NCBI GenBank assembly: GCA_964599665.1
Contig: CAZRGO010000010.1
Span: 9,935-73,934, forward strand
Direction: 5' to 3'
DNA from: an uncultured Prevotella sp.
GTDB lineage: Bacteria; Bacteroidota; Bacteroidia; Bacteroidales; Bacteroidaceae
Length of the DNA stretch: 64,000 nt
Below are positions 47,185 to 58,030 of this stretch, one piece after another; the first letter of the stretch is position 1; each line of letters opens with the position of its first letter. The position numbers and the translations under genes are program-made. Under the pieces are notes generated by a model, which was given only the letters and a program-made list of their open reading frames with translations, was not told the origin of the DNA and did no database searches.

Positions 47185-47219
47185 CAACTCGAATTTTATA
47201 ACTATCATATAAAACAACA

Positions 47220-47582
47220 ATGACAGAAAACGTAAAGAAATTAGTAGATACTGCCATAAGAGGCATACAGGAAAAGAAAGGCAAGAGCATAGACGTAGTC
47301 GACATGGAAGGCATGGAGAGCGTCATCTGTCAGGCATTCGTGGTATGCGAGGGCGGCTCCCCGTCACAAGTATCAGCCATAGCCGACTCCGTGGAGGAGT
47401 TCATGCGCAAGGAGCATAAAGAAAAGCCGGTACGCATAGCGGGAATGGAGAACGCCATCTGGGTGGCAATGGACTATGTAGACGTTATGGTTCACATATT
47501 CCTGCCGGAGGCACGCGACTTCTATGACTTGGAGACGCTGTGGCAGGACGCTGAGATAACAAAGTTGCCGGACCTTGACTAA
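47220..47582 (+). CDS. rsfS: Ribosome silencing factor RsfS (iojap family)
   Basis: 120 aa. Motifs KKGKSIDVVDM...FVVCEGGSPSQVSAIADSV...WVAMDYVDVMVHIF. Confidence 0.9.
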   Translation: MTENVKKLVDTAIRGIQEKKGKSIDVVDMEGMESVICQAFVVCEGGSPSQVSAIADSVEEFMRKEHKEKPVRIAGMENAIWVAMDYVDVMVHIFLPEARDFYDLETLWQDAEITKLPDLD

Positions 47583-47735
47583 ATCCGGCTGAGCCACAAC
47601 CACAAACGGTTCAATAACAAACAGAACAGGACGGCAAGGCCCGTCAAGCGCCTGCCCCATCCGAAAAGGAACCGTAACAACATACAAAATGCAGCCGGCA
47701 ATCCGGCATGTAAGTAAAAAACAGGACGACAAACA

Positions 47736-49778
47736 GTGGATACATCACCTAACAACAACGACAAGGGGAACAACACCCCAAAGATGCCCCGGTTCAACAT
47801 GAACTGGATTTACCTTATCATACTACTCATCCTCGGCATTGTCTTCTTCACCGACGGGGGCGGTACCATAAGCCAAGGGGTATCGAAAGAGGTATCATAC
47901 GACACATTCAAGACATACATGGCCAAGGGCTACGCCTCAAAGGTGGTAGTAAACAAATCCGACTCAAAACTGAAAATGTATGTAAACTCCGCCAATGTGC
48001 GCGATGTCTTCCACAAAAGCAAGGAGCAAACGGGCAACGACCCTTGTGTAGAGGTGACATACGGCAGCATAGACAAGGTGGAACAGTTTGTTGACACCGA
48101 GCGCGAGGCGGGGCGTTTCAAGGGCGAGCTGCGCTACGAGGCAGACAAGCCAAGCGGTCTGATGAGCCTGCTGATGACTTTCGCGCCGATAATCTTTTTC
48201 GTATTCCTGTGGGTATTCGTCATGAAACGTTTCAGCGGCGGTGGCAGTGGCATGAGCGGTATGTTCAATGTCGGACGCTCCAAGGCTCGCATGTACGAGA
48301 AGGACAACGCTATCGGCGTAACGTTCAAAGACGTTGCGGGACAAGTGGGAGCAAAACAGGAGGTACAGGAGATTGTGGATTTTCTGAAAAACCCGAAGCG
48401 ATATACCGACCTTGGCGGCAAGATACCGAAAGGAGCGCTGCTCATCGGCCCTCCGGGAACAGGTAAGACACTGCTGGCAAAAGCCGTGGCCGGAGAAGCG
48501 GGAGTGCCATTCTTCTCCATGTCCGGTTCTGATTTCGTTGAGATGTTTGTGGGTGTCGGGGCATCACGTGTACGAGACACATTCAGACAGGCAAAGGAAA
48601 AGGCGCCTGCCATATTGTTCATTGACGAGATAGACGCAATAGGCCGGGCACGCAGCCATAACCCCGGATACGGTGGCAACGATGAGCGTGAGAACACTCT
48701 CAATGCCCTGCTGACGGAGATGGACGGCTTCGGCACCAACTCAGGCGTTATAATCCTTGCGGCAACGAACCGTGTTGACATGCTGGACAAGGCGTTGTTG
48801 CGCGCCGGACGCTTTGACAGGCAGATACACGTAGACCTGCCGGATCTTCCGGAGCGTAAGGAAATATTCCAGGTTCACCTGCGCCCTATCAAGGTAGACG
48901 AATCACTGGACATAGACCTGCTGGCACGACAGACCCCCGGTTTCTCAGGAGCCGACATCGCAAATGTGTGCAACGAGGCCGCCCTAATAGCGGCACGCCA
49001 CAACAGTGACAAGGTTACGAAGCAGGATTTTCTCGATGCCGTGGACAGGATTGTTGGCGGACTGGAGAAGAAGACAAAGGTTATGACCGCCGATGAGAAG
49101 CGTTCCATAGCGCTACATGAGGCGGGGCATGCCACGATATCATGGTTCTGCCGCTACGCCAACCCCTTGGTAAAGGTAACGATAGTACCAAGAGGCAGGG
49201 CATTGGGCGCCGCATGGTATATGCCTGAGGAGCGACAGCTGACGACAAAGGAGCAGTTGCTCGATGAAATGTGCTCATTGCTGGGCGGAAGAGCGGCAGA
49301 GGAATTGTGCACGGGACAAATATCAACGGGCGCAATGAACGACTTGGAGCGCACAACGAAAATGGCTCACAGTATGATAGCATACTACGGCATGAGCGAT
49401 GTGCTGCCAAACGTGTGCTATTATGATAACAACGAATACGGTTTCCAGAAACCTTACTCAAATCAGACGGCAAAGACCATAGACGACGAGGTTATAAAAA
49501 TGATTGCGGAGCAATACGAAAGGGCCAAGGCTATACTGACAGAGCACCGCGAGGGGCATAACGCACTGGCAGAAATGCTGATACGCCGTGAGGTAATCTT
49601 TGCAGAAGACCTGGAGAAGATATTCGGCAAACGCCCGTGGATAAGCCGCTCACAAGAGATAATGGGAACACAGCAGCAGGAGGAGACAGCCGACACGCCT
49701 GCCGTGGGAGAACCGGAAGCCGACGGCAATGCCCCTGAGCGACAAAATGATAACGAAGCGAACGAACCCACAAAGTAA
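47736..49778 (+). CDS. ftsH: ATP-dependent zinc metalloprotease FtsH
   Basis: 680 aa with Walker A GPPGTGKT, SRH region and the HEAGHA zinc motif. The start is uncertain: GTG at 47736 (track) or ATG at 47784. Confidence 0.93.
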   Translation: MDTSPNNNDKGNNTPKMPRFNMNWIYLIILLILGIVFFTDGGGTISQGVSKEVSYDTFKTYMAKGYASKVVVNKSDSKLKMYVNSANVRDVFHKSKEQTGNDPCVEVTYGSIDKVEQFVDTEREAGRFKGELRYEADKPSGLMSLLMTFAPIIFFVFLWVFVMKRFSGGGSGMSGMFNVGRSKARMYEKDNAIGVTFKDVAGQVGAKQEVQEIVDFLKNPKRYTDLGGKIPKGALLIGPPGTGKTLLAKAVAGEAGVPFFSMSGSDFVEMFVGVGASRVRDTFRQAKEKAPAILFIDEIDAIGRARSHNPGYGGNDERENTLNALLTEMDGFGTNSGVIILAATNRVDMLDKALLRAGRFDRQIHVDLPDLPERKEIFQVHLRPIKVDESLDIDLLARQTPGFSGADIANVCNEAALIAARHNSDKVTKQDFLDAVDRIVGGLEKKTKVMTADEKRSIALHEAGHATISWFCRYANPLVKVTIVPRGRALGAAWYMPEERQLTTKEQLLDEMCSLLGGRAAEELCTGQISTGAMNDLERTTKMAHSMIAYYGMSDVLPNVCYYDNNEYGFQKPYSNQTAKTIDDEVIKMIAEQYERAKAILTEHREGHNALAEMLIRREVIFAEDLEKIFGKRPWISRSQEIMGTQQQEETADTPAVGEPEADGNAPERQNDNEANEPTK

Positions 49779-49789
49779 AGCCTCAGCCA

Positions 49790-50656
49790 ATGAAAAATTT
49801 TATTACAAGAGCGATAACAGGCATAATTTTCGTTGTATTGCTTGCCGGAAGTTTCTTTGACCCGTTGCTGATGATAGTGCTGTTTGCACTCATAACAGGT
49901 ATGACAATATGGGAATTTACGAAACTTGTGAACCTTCGCGAAGGCATACAGGTAAACCGTTTCCTCTGTACGGCAGCAGGAGTGTTTCTGTTTTTCGCTG
50001 TTACGGCGTTCTGTGCGCAGTTCACACCGTCAAGCGTATTTATCCCTTACCTTATTACTATAATATATATCTTCGTCAGCGGACTGTTCACGCGCAACGA
50101 GGACCCGGTCAACGACTGGGCGTATTCCATGATGTCGCAGATGTATATCGCACTGCCTTTGTCATGTATCTCTGTAATAGCATTCAGGGAAATGCCGGGA
50201 ATAGGAGTGGAATACAACGCATTGTTGCCGCTGAGCATTTTCATTTTCCTGTGGGCTAACGACACTGGAGCATACATAACGGGGTCGCTGATAGGCCGCC
50301 ACAAGCTGTTCCCAAGGGTAAGCCCCGGCAAATCATGGGAAGGAAGCATAGGAGGTGCCGTGATAGTACTGTGCGTAGCGCTACTGATAGCATGGGCAGA
50401 TCATTCGCATCTGCTTGAGGATATGGAGGTATTGGAAACGGGACTGACAACAGAGGAATGGATGGGCCTTGGCATTGTCGTAGTCGTGGCAGGCACATTG
50501 GGCGACCTTGTCGAGAGTCTATTGAAACGAACCCTCAACATAAAGGACAGCGGAACAATTCTGCCGGGACACGGCGGTATGCTCGACAGGTTTGACTCGT
50601 CGCTGATGGCCATACCTGCCGCGGTGGTATATCTGTACACCTGTTCATTGATTTAA
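49790..50656 (+). CDS. cdsA: Phosphatidate cytidylyltransferase
   Basis: 288 aa, polytopic. CTP_transf_1 signature region SPGKSWEGSIGG...KRTLNIKDSGTILPGHGGMLDRFDS. Confidence 0.88.
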   Translation: MKNFITRAITGIIFVVLLAGSFFDPLLMIVLFALITGMTIWEFTKLVNLREGIQVNRFLCTAAGVFLFFAVTAFCAQFTPSSVFIPYLITIIYIFVSGLFTRNEDPVNDWAYSMMSQMYIALPLSCISVIAFREMPGIGVEYNALLPLSIFIFLWANDTGAYITGSLIGRHKLFPRVSPGKSWEGSIGGAVIVLCVALLIAWADHSHLLEDMEVLETGLTTEEWMGLGIVVVVAGTLGDLVESLLKRTLNIKDSGTILPGHGGMLDRFDSSLMAIPAAVVYLYTCSLI

Positions 50657-50739
50657 GCCAAACGACACAAAAAGACACATACAAACCGGACAGGAAACCG
50701 GCGAAACCTAATAACCATAACAACAAGACTATATTGACA

Positions 50740-52779
50740 ATGAAACGCTTAACCGGTATATTGCTTATGTTTATGGCGGCGCTTAACCATGCGTCAGCCC
50801 AGTATCCCATAACTCCGGTACCGTTCACGGCGGTAAAAGTGGCTGACAACTTCTGGAGCCCGAGACTGAAAGCAAGCCGGGAGGTGACAATACCGTTAGC
50901 CTTCAGCAAATGTGAGGAGACAGGACGATACCGCAACTTTGAAATTGCGGCAAGGCAATTGGCGGGCGAAGATACCCGCAACGTTAAGGTAGAGGGGTTC
51001 TCTTTTGATGACACCGATGTTTACAAGACCATTGAAGGCGCAAGCTATCTGTTACAGACGTATCCCGACAGGAAACTGGAAGCATACATAGACTCGGTAC
51101 TTGACATCGTGGCAAAGGGACAAGAGCCGGACGGTTACTTATACACCGCACGTACAATGAACCCGGAACATCCTCACAGTTGGGCGGGAAAAGAACGCTG
51201 GGAGCAAGTGGAACTGCTAAGCCATGAGTTCTATAACCTCGGCCACATGCTCGAAGCGGCATGCGCACACTATCAGGCCACAGGCAAACGGAAGTTCCTT
51301 GACATCGCAATACGATATGCCGACTGCGTATGCAAGGCCATAGGACCGGCGGAAAACCAACTGCATCTGGTGCCGGGGCATCAGATAGCGGAGATGGGAC
51401 TGTGTAAACTATACATCATAACAGGTGACAAAAAGTATTTGGAACAGGCGAAATACTTTCTCGACATGAGAGGGAAGACGGCACGAAAAGACATGTATAG
51501 TCAGGCGCACAAGCCCGTAACAGAGCAGGAGGAGGCCGTAGGACACGCCGTAAGAGCCGAATATATGTACAGCGGCATGGCCGATGTGGCGGCGCTGACA
51601 GGCGACACGGCATACATTAAGGCCATAGACAAGATATGGGAGAATATCGTACAGAAGAAATATTACATCACCGGAGGCGTAGGAGCGAGACACAACGGCG
51701 AGGCTTTTGGTGACAATTATGAGCTGCCAAACGCCTCGGCATACTGCGAGACATGTGCGCAGATTGGCAATGTATATACCAACTACCGTCTGTTTCTGTT
51801 GCATGGGGAGTCGGCATATTATGATGTACTGGAACGCACACTGTACAATGCGCTAATATCCGGAATATCAATACAGGGCGACGGCTTCTTCTATCCGAAC
51901 CCATTATCATGCCGTGAGGAATCGAAATACGCCCGACAGCCGTGGTTTGGCTGTGCGTGTTGCCCAAGCAACATCTGCAGATTCATTCCGTCTTTGCCCG
52001 GATACATCTATGCCACACACAATAATACATTATATGTAAACCTCTTTATGGGTAACACCGCAACAATGAAAGTGAACGGAAAGAGCATCACTCTCAGGCA
52101 GGAGACGCAATATCCGCTGGACGGAGACATAAAGATTGCGATACAAAAAGGCTCAGGACAGTTTGCAATGATGGTGCGTGTACCGGGATGGGTGAAAGGC
52201 AATCCGGTGCCGGGAAACCTGTATCACTATGCCGACAACAAGCAACTCGGCTATAATATTAAGGTAAACGGACAGGAAATAACATCGACAGGTGGTGAAA
52301 CGGTAGACGGATATGTCTGCATTGACCGTAAATGGAAGAAAGGAGACGTGGTGGAAATACACTTCGACATGGAGCCGCGCCTCGTAAAAGCAGATGATAA
52401 AGTAACGGCAGACCAAGGCCGGGCAGCCATAGAAAGAGGACCATTGGTGTACTGTGCGGAATGGCCTGACAACGAAGCAGACATAAGTACCTATCTGCTG
52501 AACCAGCAACCGGTGCTCTATATGGGTGCGACCCCGATAGAGATAGTGAAAGGTCACAAGGTATTGCCAATAACAACACAGGCGCAGACATTGTCATACG
52601 GCTCTGACGGCAAACTGAAAACAACGGACAAGACGCTGACACTGATACCATATTACGCATGGGACCACCGCGGACAGAACGGAGGCATGGACGTATGGCT
52701 GCCGATAACAGTGCAAGCGGCATCCGCAACGCATACCAAAACAGAGAAACAGGCAGACAACGGTTTCTTCAATCATTAA
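50740..52779 (+). CDS. Glycoside hydrolase family 127 (beta-L-arabinofuranosidase-like, DUF1680)
   Basis: Signal peptide ([21 protein letters not shown]). Cys-rich catalytic/zinc motifs YCETCAQ and FGCACCPSN are typical of GH127. The ATG at 50740 is preferred over the TTG at 50734. Confidence 0.85.
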   Translation: MKRLTGILLMFMAALNHASAQYPITPVPFTAVKVADNFWSPRLKASREVTIPLAFSKCEETGRYRNFEIAARQLAGEDTRNVKVEGFSFDDTDVYKTIEGASYLLQTYPDRKLEAYIDSVLDIVAKGQEPDGYLYTARTMNPEHPHSWAGKERWEQVELLSHEFYNLGHMLEAACAHYQATGKRKFLDIAIRYADCVCKAIGPAENQLHLVPGHQIAEMGLCKLYIITGDKKYLEQAKYFLDMRGKTARKDMYSQAHKPVTEQEEAVGHAVRAEYMYSGMADVAALTGDTAYIKAIDKIWENIVQKKYYITGGVGARHNGEAFGDNYELPNASAYCETCAQIGNVYTNYRLFLLHGESAYYDVLERTLYNALISGISIQGDGFFYPNPLSCREESKYARQPWFGCACCPSNICRFIPSLPGYIYATHNNTLYVNLFMGNTATMKVNGKSITLRQETQYPLDGDIKIAIQKGSGQFAMMVRVPGWVKGNPVPGNLYHYADNKQLGYNIKVNGQEITSTGGETVDGYVCIDRKWKKGDVVEIHFDMEPRLVKADDKVTADQGRAAIERGPLVYCAEWPDNEADISTYLLNQQPVLYMGATPIEIVKGHKVLPITTQAQTLSYGSDGKLKTTDKTLTLIPYYAWDHRGQNGGMDVWLPITVQAASATHTKTEKQADNGFFNH

Positions 52780-52802
52780 ACAAGAATATCTTCAACCACC
52801 GC

Positions 52803-53573
52803 ATGATAGAGGTAAAAAACATAACAAAGGCATTCGGAAAGCTACAGGTTCTCAAAGGAATCGACCTGCAGATAAACAAGGGAGAGATTGTCAGTATAGT
52901 GGGACCAAGCGGCGCAGGCAAAACAACACTGCTGCAGATAATGGGAACATTGGACAAGGCTGATAGCGGAACAGTGGAGATTGACGGCGTTAAAGTAAGC
53001 CGGCTGTCCGGCAACAAGTTGGCGGATTACCGCAATCGCCACATCGGTTTTGTGTTCCAGTTCCACCAATTGCTGCCGGAATTTACCGCAGAGGAGAACA
53101 TATTAATCCCGGCTCTCATAGCAGGAACGAAACGAAGCGTGGCTAAAGCCAAAGCTAAGGAGCTACTTACATTCCTCGGTATGCAGGAACGCGCCTCGCA
53201 TAAGCCGGCAGAACTGTCGGGAGGCGAGAAGCAACGCATTGCAGTGGCAAGGGCTTTGATAAACAATCCGGATGTGGTATTTGCCGACGAGCCGTCCGGT
53301 GCTCTCGACACTAAGAACAAACGAGAGTTGCATCAGTTGTTCTTTGACCTGAGAGATAAACTCGGACAGACATTCGTGATAGTAACCCACGATGAGGAAC
53401 TGGCTACCATCACCGACCGTACCATACACATAGTGGACGGACTGATAGCGGATAAGGATGCGACAGCAACGTCACAGGACGATAACAACGCCATGACAGA
53501 AGACGAAGACAACATAAATATGGTGGAGAACCATTGCGACAACGAAAAGGAGGAAACAATCAATGAACAATAA
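52803..53573 (+). CDS. lolD: ABC transporter ATP-binding protein (LolD/FtsE-like) with acidic C-terminal tail
   Basis: Start at [11 protein letters not shown]. Walker [10 protein letters not shown], signature LSGGEKQR, Walker [13 protein letters not shown]. No permease gene is adjacent. The lolD assignment is by family resemblance only. Confidence 0.75.
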   Translation: MIEVKNITKAFGKLQVLKGIDLQINKGEIVSIVGPSGAGKTTLLQIMGTLDKADSGTVEIDGVKVSRLSGNKLADYRNRHIGFVFQFHQLLPEFTAEENILIPALIAGTKRSVAKAKAKELLTFLGMQERASHKPAELSGGEKQRIAVARALINNPDVVFADEPSGALDTKNKRELHQLFFDLRDKLGQTFVIVTHDEELATITDRTIHIVDGLIADKDATATSQDDNNAMTEDEDNINMVENHCDNEKEETINEQ

Positions 53574-54441
53574 AAAGAAACTGGAGTTAGGCCGCATGAA
53601 TGTATTGAGAGCGGCATGGAAAGTGGATTTCGGCATGTATCTGGAAGGTGGCGGATACGAAGAGAAGATATTGCTGCCGCAACGCTATGTGCCGGAAGAC
53701 CTGAAAGTGGGCGATGAGATAGAGGTTTTCCTATATCTGGACAACGAAGAACGCCTGATAGCAACCACACTGGAGCCGAAAGCCATGGTTGGCGACTTCG
53801 CTTTTCTTGAGGTTGCGTGGGTAAATGAATATGGAGCTTTTCTGAACTGGGGTCTGATGAAGGATCTTTTCTGTCCGTTCCGCGAACAGAAGAGACGCAT
53901 GGAACAGGGACGTTCCTACATAGTACACGTACATATAGACGAGGACAGCTACCGTATCATGGCATCAGCCAAGGTCGAGAAATTCCTGATACGAACCACA
54001 CCCGACAAGGACGGCAATCCCGGAGCGCCGGTACCGTATAGGGTTGGGGACGAGGTCAACCTGCTTGTGTGGCAAAAAACAGACCTCGGCTTCAAGGTTA
54101 TAATTGACAACACCTATGCGGGACTGCTGTATGACACCCAGATTTTCCGCTCACTGCACACCGGAGACCGTGTGAAAGGCTACATATCCAATATACGCAA
54201 GGACGGAAAGATTGACGTAAAGTTACAGAAAAGCGGTCATGAGCATACCACAGACTTCTCCAACACCTTGTTGAGATACCTGCAAACACAGGGGGGACGT
54301 TGCCGCTTAGGTGACAAAAGCGATGCCGAAGAGATAAAGGAACAGTTCGGTGTGAGCAAAAGAACCTATAAGCAAGCAATCGGAGACCTGTATAAAAAGC
54401 GTCTGATTGTTATAACAGACAAAGGAATAGAGTTGGTTTAG
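53563..54441 (+). CDS. cvfB: S1-like RNA-binding protein (CvfB/YitL family)
   Basis: 292 aa with repeated S1-like modules ([21 protein letters not shown]..., [21 protein letters not shown]...) and a C-terminal winged-helix-like tail. Confidence 0.75.
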   Translation: MNNKKKLELGRMNVLRAAWKVDFGMYLEGGGYEEKILLPQRYVPEDLKVGDEIEVFLYLDNEERLIATTLEPKAMVGDFAFLEVAWVNEYGAFLNWGLMKDLFCPFREQKRRMEQGRSYIVHVHIDEDSYRIMASAKVEKFLIRTTPDKDGNPGAPVPYRVGDEVNLLVWQKTDLGFKVIIDNTYAGLLYDTQIFRSLHTGDRVKGYISNIRKDGKIDVKLQKSGHEHTTDFSNTLLRYLQTQGGRCRLGDKSDAEEIKEQFGVSKRTYKQAIGDLYKKRLIVITDKGIELV

Positions 54442-56429
54442 AGGTCATAACTGCCTCCAACCATCAGATTGACGCCTAACGTTACCGGCGAATTGAAATA
54501 ATATGTGCGCGGCGAATAGTTAAAGATATTATCCACGGCGACATTCAATCTGAACCGTTCTTTTATTCTGTTGCTCAGCTGTATCTTCCATATTGTATAT
54601 GCAGGGTTGCTGACTTCATACTCGTTAAAGGGCGCATCCATCTCCATCGAGGTGTAACTGACGGCAGACATCACCCTACCCGTCAGCGCAATGTTCGTAC
54701 TGTACGATGCAGTCCAGTTCTTATCCCAATCCAATCGCACATTAACTGTATGCGGACGCGCCGGACAATATTGGTTAATACTGTTTCCTTTCGCATTCTC
54801 ATGAGTGTAACAGTACGCCAACCGCGCCCCAAACATAGAACCGTCTCCAAGTACCCACCTCGACATAGCAGTGGTTTCCAACCCGAATACCCTCACGTTC
54901 TCTATGTTAATATACTCCACATAGTGGTATGTTGGGGCATCTGCCGCTGTGATTGGGGTGGAAGTGGAAATCTTATTCCTTACGATACTGTGGTTAGCAG
55001 ACAGCACAAAATTATATTTGCCTACGGTATACTCCACGCCGGCATTGAAATTATGCGAGTATTCTGAGTTGAGTCTATCATTACCGTGTATCCAAAAGAT
55101 ACCTGACATGTCATAACGCATATACTTTTCCTTTAATGTAGGAGCGCGAAAGCCACCCGCATAGCCTGTTCTTACGGCCAGTCCACCCATACGATAGCAC
55201 AAAGCAAGCTTGCCGGTCAGGTTCAGCTCATTGCCATCGGAGAAATAATCCATGCGCCCTCCGGTCACAAGTTCCCAATGACTGTTGAAATTATGGTCAT
55301 ACTGCGCAAAGACATCACTATTGTATTGACGATGGGCACCATCATTAAACTGATAACTATCCAACCAGTCACGCATATAATCGCCTCCCAAGGTCAGTAT
55401 ATCCCCATTGTCAAAGGCATGCGAATACAGCAGTTTCATATTGTGCTGCACATTACTGTAGTCCCTTATATCAATGTCACGCAACACCTGATAGTCTGAC
55501 TTATCATATTGATCAAAGTTATATCCGATCTCAATATTGTCCTTCTTACCTGCGGCCAACACCGCATTTACACCACCCGTGAAGCCACGATAGCGGTCGG
55601 GGCAGTCGATATTGTATGGTCTCTCTTTGAAATAATACCCCAAATGCGCCGAGACCTTAACGTTATCCCACGGCCTATAGGTCAGACGGTCGTTTACATT
55701 CCATGTCCTACCGCCGTAAACAGTACGAAAATCACAGTCATCACGGGTGTTATAACACACATTATAGGTATCTATCGTAGTGTGGACAACATCCAATATA
55801 TTGCCAATCCTGCCCTTTCGCAGTCCCAACGTACCACCATAACGCTGCTCCTTATGGTCGGCAAGGCGTGCGTTGAGATTCAAAGACAATGGTTTGTCAG
55901 CCTCTTTCGTAATAATATTTATCACACCGCCGACGGCATTGGAACCATATAGGGCAGACGCTGCTCCCTTTATTATCTCTATTCTTGCCACATTCTGCAT
56001 CGTAAGGCGTGAGAAATCCGTATTCTCCATAGTCTCGCCCGCCGGACGCTCGCCATCTATCAGAATAAGGACATTACGTCCCGCGAATCCTGCAAGGTTC
56101 ATATTCACTTGCTGATTCATGGCATATGAGAACTCTACACCGGGCATTTCCTGCTGCAACAGATCCAGAATATTCGTCGCATCCGACATCTTTATATCCT
56201 TCTCCGTTATCAGTCTCGTAAGTATAGGAGTGTCTTTCAGGAGCTTGGGCGTCTTGGTTCCGGTCACAACGACATTGTCCAGATTATACAATTTGTCCGC
56301 CTCACCGTCGTATAGCGTCACCTCATCAGCCATTAAATTATCCGTCTCTACCTCCGAAGCCATTGTTCCGGTAGCAGCAGGCAATGCCGTCATCACGGCA
56401 ATCATACAGTATATAAAATTCTTTTCCAT
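54438..56429 (-). CDS. TonB-dependent receptor (small, HmuR-like by context)
   Basis: 663 aa with a signal peptide and a plug domain (NVVVTGTKTPKLLKDTPI...). The 22-strand-barrel-type C-terminus ends ...VGGSYDL. It sits directly downstream of an HmuY-like gene. Confidence 0.85.
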   Translation of the reverse strand: MEKNFIYCMIAVMTALPAATGTMASEVETDNLMADEVTLYDGEADKLYNLDNVVVTGTKTPKLLKDTPILTRLITEKDIKMSDATNILDLLQQEMPGVEFSYAMNQQVNMNLAGFAGRNVLILIDGERPAGETMENTDFSRLTMQNVARIEIIKGAASALYGSNAVGGVINIITKEADKPLSLNLNARLADHKEQRYGGTLGLRKGRIGNILDVVHTTIDTYNVCYNTRDDCDFRTVYGGRTWNVNDRLTYRPWDNVKVSAHLGYYFKERPYNIDCPDRYRGFTGGVNAVLAAGKKDNIEIGYNFDQYDKSDYQVLRDIDIRDYSNVQHNMKLLYSHAFDNGDILTLGGDYMRDWLDSYQFNDGAHRQYNSDVFAQYDHNFNSHWELVTGGRMDYFSDGNELNLTGKLALCYRMGGLAVRTGYAGGFRAPTLKEKYMRYDMSGIFWIHGNDRLNSEYSHNFNAGVEYTVGKYNFVLSANHSIVRNKISTSTPITAADAPTYHYVEYINIENVRVFGLETTAMSRWVLGDGSMFGARLAYCYTHENAKGNSINQYCPARPHTVNVRLDWDKNWTASYSTNIALTGRVMSAVSYTSMEMDAPFNEYEVSNPAYTIWKIQLSNRIKERFRLNVAVDNIFNYSPRTYYFNSPVTLGVNLMVGGSYDL

Positions 56430-56443
56430 AGCAATAAAACATC

Positions 56444-57193
56444 TTAACAGCCCAATTTCTTTACCTCCACAGTGAGATAGCCCTTCGTACCCCTGTCACT
56501 CATATAGCTGACGAGGCGTATTGCTACATAACTTCCGTTCTGCTTTCGCATCACATAGACCTTACCCGATGCGGTGTATACCGGCGGTGGTGTGGAAAAG
56601 TCCATCCTTATCCAACGGCTCATCACCTTGTTCACCATGCTGCCGGTGTACCATACATTATAAGACATCATTGTCGAGAGGTCTACAATGCACTGGTTAT
56701 CACACCATTCATCGGGGGTAAACACAACATCATCAAACATTTTTATATCCTCCGGTACCTGTTCCATAGTGGTATATGGCGTTTCCCACACTGCCCCATT
56801 ATTGGTTTTCACATCGAAATGGTGTATCGCAACATCCCATTTGTCAGGCTCCCGCTGCGCATCCACATTCACAGTCTGCAACTTTGTGTAATTAGTACCT
56901 TGCACATTATAATATACCAATTGCGATTTACCGTCCCATTCACCCGTCAATGCGTGCGCAACCTCAATGGTATCTATTGTCTTCTCCTCCAAATCAATAT
57001 AGTACCAGTGCATATAACTGCGTGCATCGAGAGTGAAAGTAAAACTCTTTGCGCCTTCCGTGGCGTCAGAAAAGCCCTCCTTAACGGCATCATCGGCAAC
57101 GGCATCATCATATATCCCGTCAAGAACTCCATTGCATGCCGTCAGCGACAACATCATTGCCATAAATGCAATAATATCATATATTCTCCTCAT
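56444..57193 (-). CDS. hmuY: HmuY-family lipoprotein (putative hemophore)
   Basis: Start at MRRIYDIIAFMAMMLSLTAC (lipobox). Segments WDVAIHHFDVKTNNGAV and YTASGKVYVMRKQNGSYVAIRLVSY resemble P. gingivalis HmuY (WDMALHRYDVRLN..., YKLSKRVFFVRGADGNIAKVQF). This comparison is from memory, not an alignment. Confidence 0.6.
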   Translation of the reverse strand: MRRIYDIIAFMAMMLSLTACNGVLDGIYDDAVADDAVKEGFSDATEGAKSFTFTLDARSYMHWYYIDLEEKTIDTIEVAHALTGEWDGKSQLVYYNVQGTNYTKLQTVNVDAQREPDKWDVAIHHFDVKTNNGAVWETPYTTMEQVPEDIKMFDDVVFTPDEWCDNQCIVDLSTMMSYNVWYTGSMVNKVMSRWIRMDFSTPPPVYTASGKVYVMRKQNGSYVAIRLVSYMSDRGTKGYLTVEVKKLGC

Positions 57194-57197
57194 GGCA

Positions 57198-57755
57198 CTA
57201 CTGTCTTTTACAAGTTCCGCTGAACTCACTGTGACACATAAACGGCATACTGCCGGGTTTGTAATCCATTATCAGTTCTATGCTACCGTCCGCACCGAAT
57301 GTTCCGGACAAAGAGCCGCGCGTGTCGTAACTACCCGCCATCGTTTGGAAATCATCTTTGAAGAACATCCCATTGCCATTAGGATACACGGCATACTGAA
57401 CATTGTCTATTATCATCTCGCCCATGTGGATACACATTCCCATTGCCGCCACATTTATATCAAACGCCCCCAGCACAAGGGTGGCATAACCGGACGTCTT
57501 GTCTGTCATATCCCTCAATGTCAGCACGTCAGCAGACGTAACAGGAGCCATTAATGCCGACATACTGGGCACCTCGGATGTCAGTTGTCCTTCATAAACG
57601 AAGGTGTTCTGAAACTCTTCCTTAGCAGGTTCATCCGTTTCCTTCTCCACTATTATTATTTCCGGCTCCGGGGCGTGAACATTATCCTGCGTACAAGCAG
57701 GCAACATTAATGTCGCAAGTGCCGCGATTGCAGCGTCAAGTATTTTCTTCATCAT
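57198..57755 (-). CDS. Small lipoprotein of unknown function (first gene of the HmuY/TonB-receptor operon)
   Basis: Start at MMKKILDAAIAALATLMLPAC (lipobox). About 185 aa. Its stop lies 4 nt before the hmuY-like start. The 72-codon N-terminal extension in the track has no signal-peptide logic. Confidence 0.55.
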   Translation of the reverse strand: MMKKILDAAIAALATLMLPACTQDNVHAPEPEIIIVEKETDEPAKEEFQNTFVYEGQLTSEVPSMSALMAPVTSADVLTLRDMTDKTSGYATLVLGAFDINVAAMGMCIHMGEMIIDNVQYAVYPNGNGMFFKDDFQTMAGSYDTRGSLSGTFGADGSIELIMDYKPGSMPFMCHSEFSGTCKRQ

Positions 57756-57779
57756 GCCTATTGTTTTAATTTCCGGATG

Positions 57780-57787
57780 CAAAGTTA
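57780..57787 (-). promoter_or_regulatory. -7 box TAACTTTG upstream of the lipoprotein-hmuY-receptor operon
   Basis: Plus-strand CAAAGTTA at 57780-57787, 25 nt upstream of the ATG at 57755. Confidence 0.45.
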
Positions 57788-58030
57788 CGGTTTTTTCCAT
57801 TACACCGCAATACTCATTTATAAGGATTTTATAACAAGCAACAGCTGAGGGCCATTGCGACAGAAGGAGCTGTGATGTAGAAGCGCTCCACCCCAAAATA
57901 CACCATGACCTCCAGTATGGTACAGACAGCGGCGAAGATATTCTCAACCGCGATCTCACAACCCTAAACAACAGCTTCTATCAGGTGTACGACCGTTTCC
58001 TACGCCTATGGATAATTGAAAAGGAAAAAG

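Noticed and set aside
47583-47735. A/C-rich, T-poor rsfS-ftsH spacer with two 5-bp hairpins as a candidate sRNA
   Set aside because: There is no promoter box or terminator. It is most simply an A-rich translation-friendly leader within the rsfS-ftsH-cdsA operon.
48134-48790. 218-aa minus-strand ORF, plus many similar 60-240-aa ORFs antisense to ftsH, recQ, clpB, xylB, TBDR etc.
   Set aside because: Each lies inside a long gene with unambiguous family motifs on the other strand. I treated them as frame shadows.
52659-52802. N-terminal extension of the ABC ATPase ORF overlapping GH127
   Set aside because: ABC ATPases start a few residues before the beta-strand preceding Walker A ([11 protein letters not shown]). 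The extension overlaps the GH127 3' end by 121 nt.
55100-55200. FRAP/NPNL heme-receptor boxes in the TonB-dependent receptor as proof of heme specificity
   Set aside because: FRAP-like motifs are common in many TonB receptors, and the NPNL box is only loosely matched (NDRL). It is used only as weak supporting context.
57756-57971. 72-codon N-terminal extension of the lipoprotein ORF (track start 57971)
   Set aside because: The extension runs through the TAACTTTG promoter box. The internal Met gives a perfect lipoprotein signal peptide.
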